Source: Malacoraja senta (lineage: Eukaryota). From it: a stretch of DNA of 60,000 nucleotides. The notes under the pieces are model-generated. The model was not told the DNA's origin. It searched no databases and saw only the letters and a list, made by a program, of their open reading frames with translations. Of this stretch, positions 11,416 through 24,178 are shown piece after piece (the stretch's first letter is position 1; every line of letters begins with the position of its first letter). The position numbers and the translations under genes are program-made. The DNA is taken from the NCBI GenBank assembly GCA_038087875.1, contig CM075987.1, forward strand, positions 20,648,001 to 20,708,000. The letters run 5' to 3'.

Positions 11416-12643
11416 GAAGATAGACCCAAAATGTTGGAGTAACTCAGCGGGACAGGCAGCATCTCTGGAGAGAAGGAATGGGTGACGTTTCAGATCGAGA
11501 CCCTTCTGCAGACTGATGTCAGGGGAGTGAGCAGTACATAGATAAGGAAGTGTAAGGTGTGAAAACAGGACAAAGGGAACGGAGATCAAGGAAAATGTAG
11601 AATAGATCATTGTTAGTTGGGAGAAGGTAACAACAAAGCAAGCAGAGATAAAATAGAGTCGGAGACAGTAAGACTGGTAGGAGAACTGGGAGGGGGAGGG
11701 GTGGAGAGAGAGGGAGAGCAAGGACTATTTGAAGTTAGAGAAGTCAATGTTCACACCGCTGGGGTGTAAACTACCCAATATGAGGTGCGGTTCCTCCAAT
11801 TTGCGAAGGGCCTCACTCTGACAATGGAGGAGGCCCAGGACAGAAAGGTCAGATTGGGAATGGGAGGGGGAGGTAAAGTGTTGAGCAACCGGGAGATCAG
11901 GTCAGTTTAGGCGAACTGAGCGGAGGTGTTCAGCGAAACGATCGCCGAGCCTGCACTTGGTCTCGCTGATATCCAAGAGTCCACACCTGGAACAGCGGAT
12001 GCAGTAGATGAGGTTGGAGGCGGTGCAAGTGAACCTCTGCCTCACCTGGAAAGACTGTCGGGGTCCTTGGATGGAGTCGAGGGGGGAGGTAAAGGGACAT
12101 TAGGTGTTGCATCTCCTGCGGTTGCTGGGGAAATTACCTGGGGAGGGGGCGGTTTGGGTGGGAAGGGACGAGTTGACCAGGGGGTTGCGGAGGGATTGGT
12201 CTCTGCGGAAAGCGGTGGAGATGGGAAGATGTGGCTAGTAGTGGGATCCCGTTAAGGGTGGTGAAAATGTGGGAGGATTATGTGCTGTGTGCAACGCCTA
12301 ATGGGGTGGAAGGTGAGGACGAGGGGGAGTCTGTCCCTATTACGAATGGGGGGAGGGGTAGCAAGAGCGGAGCTGCGGGATATCAAGGAGACCCTCGTGA
12401 GGGCCTCATCAATAATAGAAGAGGGGAACCCCCGTTCCCTAAATAATGAGGACATCTCCGATGACCTGGTATAGAATACCTCATCTTGGGCACAAATGCA
12501 GCGTAGACCGAAGAATTGGGAGTAGGAGAAAAGCTTTACAGGAAGCAGGGTGGCAAGGGGTGTCGTCTAGATAGCTGTGGGAGTCAGTGTGTTTATAATA
12601 GATGTCAGTGGATAGTTTGTCTCCTGTGATGGAGACGGTGAGA
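11416..12643 (-). mobile_element. Penelope-like (Neptune-type) element, 5'-truncated and decayed
   Basis: Homologous to 24179-25974 (RT thumb, GIY-YIG region, pLTR). Confidence 0.9.
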
Positions 12644-13799
12644 ATGGGAAAGGAAATTGGGTGGGGAAGCAGTGAGAAGGGGATAACATTGTAGAGAGGG
12701 AGGGGAAGGGATAGTTCTAGAACCGTGTGAACAAAGCAATGGTTTCACTCCGGCTTCCCATTTTCTCATTCTTATTCACGTCGCAGGTTTGTGTGCCAAT
12801 CATGAACAAATAGTTATTCACAAGGATTTTGATTTTAAGTCCTATGAGTGTGAAGCAGGTAGAGATCAGAACTCACCCACAGCAACTTTACAATACTGAC
12901 AAGAGCTCTGTGAGCATATGTCAAGAGTCAAGTGAGTCAAAGCTGTTTAATTGTCCTTTATACCGACAACAGCACAATGAAAATTTACCGAGTGCATCTT
13001 AATAGCCCGTAAACACATTACACACAGATAAATGTATAATATTTCTTTTAATTCAATAAATTGATAACTGCAATACTAGTGGCCCTTAGCTCTGCAGGCT
13101 GCAAGGGCACTTGTGCAAGTTCCCGTACAGCATGAATTTCATTACATTAAAAGGATATCCAGCTGAAAATTGGAAAAATAGGGCAATACATTCTGATGAT
13201 GTCACCGCTCTCTCGTGGCTAATTCTGAAACATGTTTCAGATTGTGGGTCTAGAGGAAGATTTGAGGGGGCGTTAGTAGATGCATGACGTGCCAAAAACC
13301 ACAGAAAAAGATAAATATATTGTTTTCCATTGCTATTCAGAATACAGTTTGCATGCAGTCGTATCCCTTCAGTTATTAATCATTTCCTGTGCTGTGTTTG
13401 CATTTGAACACTGGTGTTTTCTGAGGCTTGGAAACTGCACTGCCAAAGGAGATGCAGAGAGGCCTCAGGAGTGCGATTTATATTACAGCCTTTACATCTG
13501 CTCCTTGATCATCAATTGTTCCGTGACTGGCAGGCCTAATCCAGACAATCTTTTAACGCATTCCAATTATTAATGGTAAAAAACAAGGACCTGATTTTGT
13601 TGAAAGGAGTCGTGAAGCTTGAAAGCAAGATTCAGGAACAGCTTGTTCTCCTCTGTTATCAAGCTTCTGAACGGTCCTTCCTTGTGCTAGGGTTACTGTC
13701 CGATTCACTTCTATTCCATTCCGGACTTTGTCCCTGGAACACTACAATGCTGAGAACTATATTCTCCACTGTGTCTTTCTACCTTTTCTACTCAATTTT

Positions 13800-14345
13800 G
13801 ACGTTCGATTGTGTTCAGTTCTGGGCACCGGAAATAGGAAAGATGTTTGCAAGCTGGAAAAGCTACAGAGAAGATTTATGAGGATGTTGCCAGGACTAGA
13901 GGGTCTGAGCTGTAGGCAGCGGTTGAGTAGGCTGGGACTCAATTCCTTGCAGCACAAGAGGACGAGGTGTGATCTTATAGAGGTGTATAAAATCATGAGA
14001 GGAATAGGTCGGGTAGATGCACAGAGTCTCTTGCCCAGAGAAGGTGAATCGAGCACTAGAGGACATAGCTTTAAGGTGAAGGGAAAAAGATTTAATAGGA
14101 ATCTGAGGGGTAACTTTTTCACACAAAGGGTGGTGGGTGTATGGAACAAACTGCCAGAGGAGGTAGTTGAGGCTGGGACTATCCCAACATTTAAGAAGTT
14201 GTTAGACAGGTACATGGATAGGACAGGTTTGGAGGGATATGGACCAAATGCTGACAGGTGGAACTACTGTAGCTTGGAAATGTAGGCCGGTGTGGGCAAG
14301 TTGGGCCGAAGGGCCTGTTTCCACACTGTATTGCACTATGACTCG
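13800..14345 (+). mobile_element. CR1 LINE 3' fragment
   Basis: LEKLQRRFMRMLPGL...FTQRVVGVWNKLPEEVVEA. Confidence 0.9.
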
Positions 14346-15644
14346 ATGACTTAATTGTATTTATGTACAGTATGATCTGAACTGATTGGATAGCATGCAA
14401 AATAAAGCTTTTTACTGTACCTCCATACAGTTAAATACTAAGCCTAAACCTAGTGAAGAAACAATACACAGTAGTATCCAACAGCAATCTTTGGGAAGGA
14501 AGAAAAACCCGAGATGTGAGTCACCACATTTGGATCATGTGTTCTGCCTTGTTCCTTCAAAAACATGATTGTTGAATACTTCCAATCAACCTCACTTACC
14601 CAAGAAGCAAATAATGACAAGCAATAAATGTTATTCCTTCACATAATGAATTTTTGTACACTTTTCAAAAGGTGAGCGGTACATTTTGAATGTTTTTATT
14701 ATTTTCCTTTTCTACGTTTTTTCTCTCTCCTAATCCCAGCTCCCTTTCTTCTCTCTGTTTTTGTGTCTGATTTGGCATTGAATTCACACTCTCAAATTCA
14801 CGCTACTTCTCAGTTCTGACTTTCTTTAACACTCAATTATTTACTCTCTATTCAGAAAATCATTTGTTGGTTCAGTGATTCGCTAAGGTCCCCGCTGTCC
14901 TACTGTTTCTCCATCAACCTTCTGGGAATTTTTTTTAAACCGAAAGTTGCACAAACCAGATTAATGAATGAGACACACTACACACTTCCTGTTCCAGCAA
15001 AATGTAGACCAGAACTTTACCTTTGTACGCTATGAAATGTAAGGCTGAGAAACATTGACTGCATTCCTACAGCACAGTTTACGATACGATAGAAGTTCAT
15101 TTATCCCAAGAGAGAAATTCTGTCATAAAACACATGAAACATGAAATTAAAATGACGAGTGGAGATGTGCAAAGATTGGGGAGGTGGGGGGGGGGGGGGG
15201 GGTCGGTCTAATTAAGTTATTTTATGTCGTAATTAGTTGGATTCATGAGGGTAGTGGAGATGATGTGTGGATACAGACTTTCATATACAGACAACGGAAA
15301 AGTAAGATATAAGCAATATGGATGGAATTGTGACTGCGTCGGTAAGGAAATTGGTCAAAGGGCTGAAGGCAGAGCATACAGATCACTTTAAAGGAGGAAA
15401 GTCTGCAGCGCTGTTGTCCGAGGGTCAGCATTGGACAAGTGCTCTTCTTGATAAATAATAATGTCCTGTGTATAAAGGGATGGTTTTCGTTTTCAGAAAA
15501 CACAAAACCTGAATATGTAATTGAGAAGACAAGGACAAAATGTTGAAATGGATGTATCCATAACAGATTACATTTAGCATAGAAATTGGCAATTTGGAAA
15601 GAAATATGAAGAAAAGTGGTTGAAACTAACTGATGTCATTTTAA

Positions 15645-16003
15645 TGGAGGTACAAAATAATGAGGAATAGATCGGGTAAATGCACAGAATTTCTTGTCCA
15701 GAGTAGGGGAATGGAGAACCAGAGGATATAGGTTCAAGGTGAGGGGGGAAAGATTTAATAGGAACCTGAGGGATAACTTTTTTTACACAAAGGGTAGTGG
15801 ATGTATGGACCGAGCTGCCCGAGGAAGTAGTTGAGGCAGATACTAATGCAACGTTTAAGAATCATTTAGTCAGGTGTATGGATAGGATAGGTTTAGAGGG
15901 ATAAGGGCCAAACACTGCAGGTGGGACTAGTGTAGATGGGACATGTTGGTCGGTGTGGGCAAGTTGGGCCGAAGGACCTGTTTCCACACTGTATGACTCT
16001 ATG
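15645..16003 (+). mobile_element. CR1 LINE 3' fragment
   Basis: Similar to 13980-14345. Confidence 0.8.
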
Positions 16004-16222
16004 AACCAGGTCATAGGTAGAAATCTTTGAAGGTGGCATGAGGTCAGAATTTAATAAAGACAACGACTCTTTATTAAAAAAGGCAAATATGATCCTTGAC
16101 ATTATATAAATGAAGTCATAGAACAAGCTAGCTTTACTAAAGCTTTATACAAAGGCCAAAGATCCAGAGCACACAAAAGGAAGATGATTATTGCAATCTG
16201 GAAGGAACTGTGTGAAAGGCTG

Positions 16223-16313
16223 AAGAAGGGTTTCGGCCCGAAACGTTGCTGATTTCCTTCGCACCATAGATGCTGCCGCACCCGCTGAGTTTCTCCAGCA
16301 CTTTTGTCTACCT
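16223..16313 (+). mobile_element. Solo Penelope pLTR-derived short insert
   Basis: 14-bp TSD tgtgtgaaaggctg at 16209-16222 and 16314-16327. Confidence 0.9.
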
Positions 16314-16521
16314 TGTGTGAAAGGCTGCTGGACATAAATTCGACATGAATTTTCAAAAAACAATAGGATGCATAATTGGAATGATATTCATAGAGAAACA
16401 TCAGAAAGGCTAAGTTGGAGACCATGTTTTCAACAGCAGTGTAAGTGATTGGCTTCAGAATTGTGAAACATTGTATGTGTTGGAAATCTAGAACTTGGTC
16501 GCTGTGCAAGTCCGACAACAA

Positions 16522-16724
16522 GGTGGCACAGTGGTGGAGACTTGGGTTCGATCCCGGCTACAGGTGCTGTTTGTACGGAGATTATACATTCTCCCTGTGA
16601 CCGTGTGAGTTTTCTCCGGGTGCTCCCACTCCAAAGATGTACAGGTTTGTAGGTTAATTGGCTTCTGTAAATTGTAAAATTGGCCCAAGTGTGTAGGATA
16701 GTGCTAGTGTACGGGGTGATCGCT
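16522..16724 (+). mobile_element. V-SINE/HE1-like tRNA-derived SINE (partial)
   Basis: ggtggcacagtggt A-box and gggttcgatcc B-box, followed by a V-domain-like body. Confidence 0.7.
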
Positions 16725-17718
16725 GTATCTCATGGATAGGTGACGTTTCGGGTTGAGCCCCATCTTCAGACTGCAGCTAAGACACAATCTACATTAATAT
16801 ATAGAATAGAGACAGCCATTTGGCAACATGTATGTTCCATTACAGTTTCCTCCCATCCTGCAGCATCCAATACCATCTGCAACATATCCTATTCTTTTCT
16901 CTCTCAATTATTTTTGCTCTTTGCATCACTCACTCGGTATAATAAGCACAATAATCACAGAACAGGCTTGAGGGACTGAGTGGTCCACTCTCTTATTCCC
17001 ATTACAGGCAATTGATCCATTCCATGTAACAAGATAAACAATTTTCTCTCCACCTTCCTTAGATGTGTGGGCAAAAGAAAGGTTTCTATTCCTGCAGGAA
17101 ACAAACACGGGTACGATGGTCCAGCCTTACAAATCAAAAGGTAATTGCCTTTGCACTGAATCTACCATCCACCTTTGCATTGCTTCTCTACCCACACTGG
17201 TCATTTCTATAATTTGGTTGCACTAATTAATCGGTTGCCAGTGTTTCAAGATGGTCCCCCGTCTCCAGAAATCAAAGATTAATTTTCAGAGCAATCCCGT
17301 GGTAAAATGATTGGACAATAAACTAATTCCTCTGAATATTTTGCTTCTCCATTCTAAAGATGATAGAGTTGGTGAAGAACCTCAATCAGAGAGTCTGTTC
17401 ATTTCCTCAACAGTGCAGGAAGACTGCACGGCTACGATCTGCAGCCATTGGCTGTAAAAGTAGAGGTGGGAGTGGGGGGTAGGAAATCTGTTGGAGAGAC
17501 AAGACCATGAGATGCAGAATTGCGACCAACCAGATTTCACAATCCCAGCTAATGCCTTTAAGGAAACTCCACTAAAACAGGAATATTTGAGCAGGTTTCC
17601 TGATGGAATACCAGTTTTGTTGGCTTCCATTCTGAATAGTTAAATGGGACAATTACATTGAACTAGTAATCCAGGTCAATCTAATAATCCAGAATGACAC
17701 GTTCAATTTGCATCATGG

Positions 17719-18047
17719 AAATTGATCAATTTCTTAAGACATGGATACCCTTTACCGAATTCTTACAACAATAGTATGGTGCAACACAATTTTAAATTTA
17801 AATCTGATGCTGTGTTGGGTGAGGCGGGTGGGGGGGGACGATGGGCAAGGTATATCTCCACTTTTCTTTTTCTTTTTTTAAATTTCTATATCTTTCTGCT
17901 ACACTGCTTTGGTAGTTTAGGGGATTTTCTTTTGTTCTTCAATCTATCTTTTCACTTTTTACTTCTTTCCTTTCTTGTTCTCTCTTTCTTTTCTTTTTTC
18001 ATTTTCATAGTTAATTTAAAAAAAATTTAAAAAGAGAAAAAAAAAAA
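17719..18047 (+). mobile_element. L1-type LINE extreme 3' fragment
   Basis: KIDQFLKTWIPFTEFLQQ* resembles the ORF2 end at 30400; pyrimidine-rich UTR, A-tail, 15-bp TSD caatttgcatca(t/c)gg at 17704-17718 and 18048-18062. Confidence 0.8.
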
Positions 18048-18448
18048 CAATTTGCATCACGGCATCTGTAGAAAAAATCCATGAAGCCATGGCATATTGT
18101 TATAAAAACCTACTTACTTCACTAATGTTGAGAGACCAATCATAGGAATTGTAAAATGAACCAGATTAGTACAGTATGTGTAAGATTTACATGGTACTAG
18201 TTGGCTAGAATCCCAAACTCACACATAGGTCTTCATCTCCAGGTCCTGTGGCTGCAGCAGCCTGACTGGTCAATCAGCAGAGGAACACTGGACGTCTCGC
18301 CTAAGGAACTTTGTTTTTTTTGCGGTGTATGAAACTCTGATGGACACTGAGGCAAATGGCCTGTTTCGGGTTCCAGATAGTACATAAATTTCCCTGCTAA
18401 ACCCGTGGAACATCTGAATTGGAGGAAACAACCTGACAACTATTTAGA

Positions 18449-18781
18449 TGGGTGGCACAGTGGTGCAGCTGGTAGAGCTGCTGCCACACTGCACCAGAGA
18501 CCCAGGTTTAATTCAGACCTTAGGTGCTGTCTATGTGGAGTTTGCATGTTTTTCTTGCGACCGCATAGGATTCCTTCGTGCACTCCGGTTTCTTCCTATG
18601 TCCAAAAGATGCAAATTTGTAGGTTAATTGACATCTGTAAAATTGTCCCTATTGTGTAAAGAGTGGATGAGAAAGTGGGATAACAGAACTAGTGTGAATG
18701 GGGTGATCAATGGTTGGTGTGGACTCACTGGGCCAAAGGGCATATTTCTATGTTGTATCTCTGAACAAAAACTGAACTAAA
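18449..18781 (+). mobile_element. V-SINE/HE1-like SINE, near full length
   Basis: tRNA-like head, gtggagtttgcatgtt...ctccggtttc V-domain, actgaactaaa tail. Confidence 0.8.
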
Positions 18782-20074
18782 TTTATGTTGCATTTTTAGC
18801 TGTGCAAAAATATTTGAGAACAACAGCTGAGATCTCTTGCCTTTCAAGAGCTATGCACTTAAAAGACTTGAATACGAAGTTGGTGTGGGGTTGTGGTAAG
18901 GGTGGGGTACGGTGTAGAAGTTATAGTTACAGCAAAACAAAGTTCTAGCTAGATCAAACATTGAACTGTGGGCACCACACCCCAGGAAACATATGTTGGA
19001 CTTTGGAGGGAGCCGGGTACAATTACTGGATGACCCATGAAGGGCAAAGGTTAATTTATAAGATGATCAAAATCTTGAAGATATTAAGGCCACCAGATAC
19101 ATTAGGTAGATGAACTATTCTTGGCTGGATTTTAGATTGAGTCAGCAAAATTTACACAAATTTGATGGAAGTTTGGAATTAGTTCCTGAGAGCAATATGT
19201 TAATTTTATGATAGCCAATATATTGAGGTATATGCACAAAGATGGAGAAATGGAACAAACTTGAGTGGCTAGATGACTCAGTCCTGTTGCAAGGTCTCCA
19301 TAAACCAGGGCAGGTCTGACCAAGACCATTTCACATACAAGGCTGGTACAGAGATATCCATCACAACACGATGTGGTTTGCATTCAAGAGCAGAAGTGAA
19401 AGGACTGACTGTTCTCCCACCCATTGCATCATGTGCTTCCTTCCTCATGCTCCATTGATTAAGTTACTTCTGGACACATGACATCAAAAGCATACGTCAA
19501 ATAAAGTTACGCGATAAGTCAGGCTTCAGTATGCAGAGATCATTTAATAATTGTCTAACAGGCTTCCCAGATTAAGATGATTGACATTCCTTAAATTGCA
19601 GTTGAGAGCTCGGCGGGAAAAGTGAAATCCTTCAGCTAAGGAAGGTTGAAGATCCTTGCAGGAAAATATTTGCATATATACTTCCAAGCTTGTGTTAATA
19701 AGTAAATACATTGACTGTTTACCCTAGGAATCTGTTTCATGTTAAAAGATCAAATCTGATCTACACCTCATTCCCTGTCTTGGTTATATGATCCCGACAT
19801 TCTTAAATACATCCCATACCCAACAACAACAACAATCTGTCACCTCACTTGACACTGAGCCTCAACCACCTTTTGTTGCCGCCTTTTCTACATTTCTTTT
19901 ACCCACTGTGTAACGTGGTACTTTCTGACACCCTCTTTACACAGCTTATCCTAATTGCAAGGGAACATGTTGAGTTGCTTTGAAATGAAACTGCATATAG
20001 GTAACGTAACATGCAATGCATTCTCAACAAAGCCCAAATGCAGCAGAGTCATAAACAACTAATGAGCCAAAGAA

Positions 20075-20298
20075 AGTTTCCCCTGTGGATTGCTTGAGTT
20101 TCCTCTCGATGCTCCGGTTTCCTCCCACATCCCAAAGACATGCGGGTTTGTCGGTTAAGTAGCTTCTGTAAATTGCCCCTAGTGTGTAGGGAGCGGATGT
20201 GAAAGTCGTTTAACATAGAACTAGTGTGAATGGTGATCAATGTTCGATTCGGCCTCAGTAGGCCGAAGGCCCTGTTTCTGTGCTGTATCTTTCCATCA
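20075..20298 (+). mobile_element. V-SINE/HE1-like SINE 3' part
   Basis: gctccggtttcctcccacatcccaaagac. Confidence 0.75.
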
Positions 20299-20979
20299 AT
20301 CGAATGATTGGTGGAGAGATAAATAGTGGTCAAGACTCGGGGGAAAACCTCACTTCTCTTCTTCAAATGAGCACAATGTTATTTGCATCCATCAAAGAAA
20401 GTGTATGGAACCTGAATTATAAGAAGCCAACTCCAGGAGGGGAATGCTCCTCTGATGCTGCCCTGAAGGATGAGCTTGGACACTTGTGCTTGGATCCTGG
20501 GCTGCAGGGACCATTTTGTAATAGTGGAGGTGCTGAAAATCATTGAACACAACTCTAAAGCAGTGCACACCTCCCTCCTGGGGATGCTGCAGCACCTGAG
20601 ACATGCACCTGGTTCTCACACCTGTGGCAATGCGTGACTTTCTGAGTCAGCATCATGGGAGCTTTCAGCTGAGCCATCAATGACAATTCCATCTCCCATA
20701 TTCTGGACTCTCCCACCAAAAGAAATATAGTTTCATTCATTTGAAATACCACAATCAGCTCACTCCTTAATCTTCTCTACATGAAGACATTGAAGCTATG
20801 TCAAGGATTAGAGGTTTTCTGGAAATGTTAAATACTCAAAAACCATTCATTTCTGAAATGATTAAAAAAAATGTATGGATGACCATTGTTACAATTAATC
20901 CGCAGATGTAACTCAGAGACTACAGTTATAAAGTACATCTTTACGATCAATTGCTCCCTGTATCAATGCATTGCAATGT

Positions 20980-21255
20980 CTTGAGGTCCATTTCAGGAAA
21001 ATGTGGAGGTTTTGAAGAGATTGCAGAAGAGGTTTGTCAGAATGCTGCCTGGATTCGAGGATATTAGCTATAAGGAAAAGTTAGACAAACTTGGATTGTT
21101 TTCTCTGGAACAGTGGAGGTTGAGGGGAGGCCTGACAGAAGTATAACAAATTACGAGAGGCATAGAATTATGAGGGTTGGCAGTCAAAACCTTTTTAGCA
21201 GGGTGGAAATGTCCAAAACCTTAAAGAGAGAGGAGCAAAGTTTAAAGGAGATGCG
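20980..21255 (+). mobile_element. Decayed CR1 fragment
   Basis: Degenerate QKRFVRMLPG...YKEKLDKLGLFSLE. Confidence 0.65.
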
Positions 21256-21602
21256 CAAAAATGAACGCTGCATCTTAAGACCTTTCTCTCATCAGATGGA
21301 AACACAAAATTAACATGGTATATTACTCAGGTTAGCTTCAGCTTTGAGCTGCATAATAGGTCAAGAATCTACTGCTCACTTACAAAGATCTTTCATTTAT
21401 CTCCACCTAATGCAGTGGCAGCAGGTCTATTAAAAGACACGTGCGCTGTGTTTCATATCAGGTTGCATCAACTTGTTTACAGGGCAGTCCAGATGGAAAC
21501 AGTCTCTGCCTTTCAATATTATTCCCATTTGTCATGTAGTGTTGTGGTGGCTCAATGGAAAGGAAATGTGACCTGTTAAGTTCAGTCAATCAAGGTTTGG
21601 AC

Positions 21603-21999
21603 CAAAGATCCTATAGCGGAGCAAGATAGATCCCTCGACGAAAAAGACGTAGTACGGTCATGGGCAGATTCATGGGTAATTTTCGGCCCCATTTCTGTAA
21701 CCGGCTTCCATCTCCGCACCAAAGATCCCACAGGATACTAGTGCGGAGACGGAAGCCGGTTGCGGAAACATCCTCGTAAAAATAAAATTTATTTGGGAAA
21801 AATCTTCTCCTCATTTTCAGAATTATAATTTATTAACACAAACTGTGTTCCCCCGCAACGCTGATTACACTGCGAGTCGGGTCGGGTCGGGTTACGGAAA
21901 TGGATGGAAAAAAGGCCCACTTTCTGCTCCGTTGCGTACTACACGTCAGCCCATTGCATTTAGAAGGAGTGGTCTATCTTGCTTGCTATAGGATCTCTG
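21603..21999. mobile_element. Non-autonomous DNA transposon with 8-bp TSD (P- or hAT-like)
   Basis: TIRs caaagatcctatagcggagcaagataga / tctatcttgcttgctataggatctctg; perfect TSD gtttggac at 21595-21602 and 22000-22007. Confidence 0.85.
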
Positions 22000-22424
22000 G
22001 TTTGGACCAGGTGCTCTCAGTGGGAGGGACAGTCTTTAGCTCTAGATTAGTGAGAGATTGCAACAGGTTGTCAATGGGGCAATTAATGGACAGCATAGCT
22101 TTCTAATTAGTAAATGCTTCAGAAGATGAGGCAGAGATGAGCAGAACAAAATCCATTCGTAGAATCTTGCAGTGGAAAAATAGATGATTCAACACATCAG
22201 ACCAACATCAGTTCGTGCTGAGAAAGAGTTCTTCGTCTTTCACCATAGTGTTATTAAATGTATCTCGAGCAAGCAATTACTCAATTTCCTTTTTGCGTGT
22301 AATTGCTGAATCTACTTGCATCAAACATTGGGTGGAGCTATCTGGACCACAACAATTTGTTGCCTCAAGTTATCCCTTCTCAACTTGGTCTCTGGTCCTG
22401 GTGTCAATGGCACAGAGGCCTAGA

Positions 22425-22825
22425 CTTATACAGCATGGAAACAGGCTCTTTGGCCCAACGTGTCCATGCCAACCAAGTTATCTACCTGGGCTAGTCCCAT
22501 CTGCCTGTTTTTGACTCATTTCCCCGTAAACCTTTGCTCTCCAAGCACCCGTCTAAGTGTCAATTAAACATTATAATTGTACCCACCTCCACATCTTCCT
22601 CTGGCAGATTGTTCCAGATACCCACCATTTATCTGTGCCTCATAACTTTATATACCTCTATAACATCACTCCTCAACCTCCATTCCACTCTCTCCTTGTT
22701 TCCTTATACCTCAAGCCCTTCAGTCCCAGTAACATCCTTGTGCATCTTCTCTGCATCCTTTCCCAGCTTAATGACACCCTTCCTATGGTTGGGGGACCAG
22801 AAATGTGCACAATACTCCAAGTGCT
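22425..22825 (-). mobile_element. Decayed CR1 3' fragment
   Basis: gaccagaaatgtgcacaatactccaag and CR1 3' UTR motifs. Confidence 0.65.
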
Positions 22826-23500
22826 GTCAGTTATTACTCTTGGTGTTTGTCTCAGTTACTGCTTCCAATATCAGTTTCTACTCTGAGCACCAATTACTGC
22901 TCCTGCAGTCAGTTAGTGGTCCCGGAGTCATTGACGCTTAGTACCGCTGGGTATAGTTGCTGCCACCAGTGTCATGAACTGTTCCCTGTGTTGGAGTCCG
23001 TCACTGCTCTGGGTTTCAGTTCCTGCTCCCGGAGCCAGTTACTAATCCTATAGTTAGTTATGGCCACTGCCATCAGTTACTGATCCTGGTCTCAATGCCA
23101 GTTCCTGCTCCCATTATTGTTACTGCTTCCATCTATTACTGCTCTCGCATCGCGTAACTTGGAACCCAATCAGTTGCGACTCCCAGAGTCAGTTGATGCT
23201 ACAGGTGAGAGTAACAATACCTGGAGTGGGTGCCTGTTACTGCACCAGGTTACTGCTCTTGCTGTCAGACCCCGCTCTCAGAATCACGTGTGCTCCTCCA
23301 TTACTTCCTGCTTCCGTCGTCGGTTACTGCTACTAGTATTAGTTATTGTTAGCTGTTACTACTACTCCTTGGGTCCCTCACTTCTCCTCCTGACAGTGTC
23401 AGTTACTGACCTGGGCATCAGTTACTTGTACTGACGGTATCGGTTTCCGGTATCAGCTCCCAGTATCAATTACTGCCGCCAGTGTCAGCTGGTACTAGTT
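22825..23500. repeat. Decayed ~19-bp minisatellite (consensus ~gtgtcagttactgctcctg)
   Basis: Recurrent cagttactgct-like motifs at roughly 19-bp spacing. Confidence 0.65.
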
Positions 23501-23654
23501 ACAGATCTTGTATGGGTGTGTGTCAGAGTGGGAGGAGTGTGCATGGGTGCTTGTTGGTTGATGTGGACTTGGTGGGCTGAAGGGCCCGTTTCCATGCTGT
23601 ACCACTACAGCTACCACTCCCACTGTCAGTTTTCATTCCCAAATCAATTACTGT

Positions 23655-24125
23655 CACAGAGCACAGAAATAGGCCCGAAGACCCAACTCTTCCATGCCAA
23701 ACAAGATGCCCATCGAAGCTGGTCCCATTTACCCACATTTGGCCCATATCCTTCCAAAGCTTTCACATCCATGTACCTGTCCCAGTGCCTCCTAAATATT
23801 ATTTTTGTACCTGCTCAACCACTTTCTCATGCAGCTTGTTCCATATATGCTTCACCCTCTATATGAAGAAGTTGCCCTTCGGGTCCCTTTTAAATATATC
23901 CCTTCTCATCGTAAACCTATGCCCTTAAGTGTTTGATTCCCCTTTCTTGAGAAAAAGACTATGAGCACTTCCTGTATCTATACCCCTCATGATTTTATAT
24001 CTATCCAGTCACCCCCCCCCCCCCCCCCCTTTCCCCTGTTACAGTTCAAAAAATTAAGTCCTGGCCTATAACTAGGCCCTTGAGTCCAGCAACAAACTTG
24101 TAAATATTCTTTGCACTCTTTCTAA
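23655..24125 (-). mobile_element. Decayed CR1 3' fragment
   Basis: tttggcccatatccttccaaag...catgtacctgtcc and related CR1 motifs. Confidence 0.7.
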
Positions 24126-24178
24126 TTCAACCACCCTCACTGTCAGTTACTATCTGTGGTACGGCCCCCACTGTTTTC

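Noticed and set aside
18449..18520. tRNA gene
   Set aside because: tRNA-derived SINE head without a complete cloverleaf
23117..23434. Hydrophobic 105-aa ORF
   Set aside because: Translation of the decayed minisatellite; no recognisable homology
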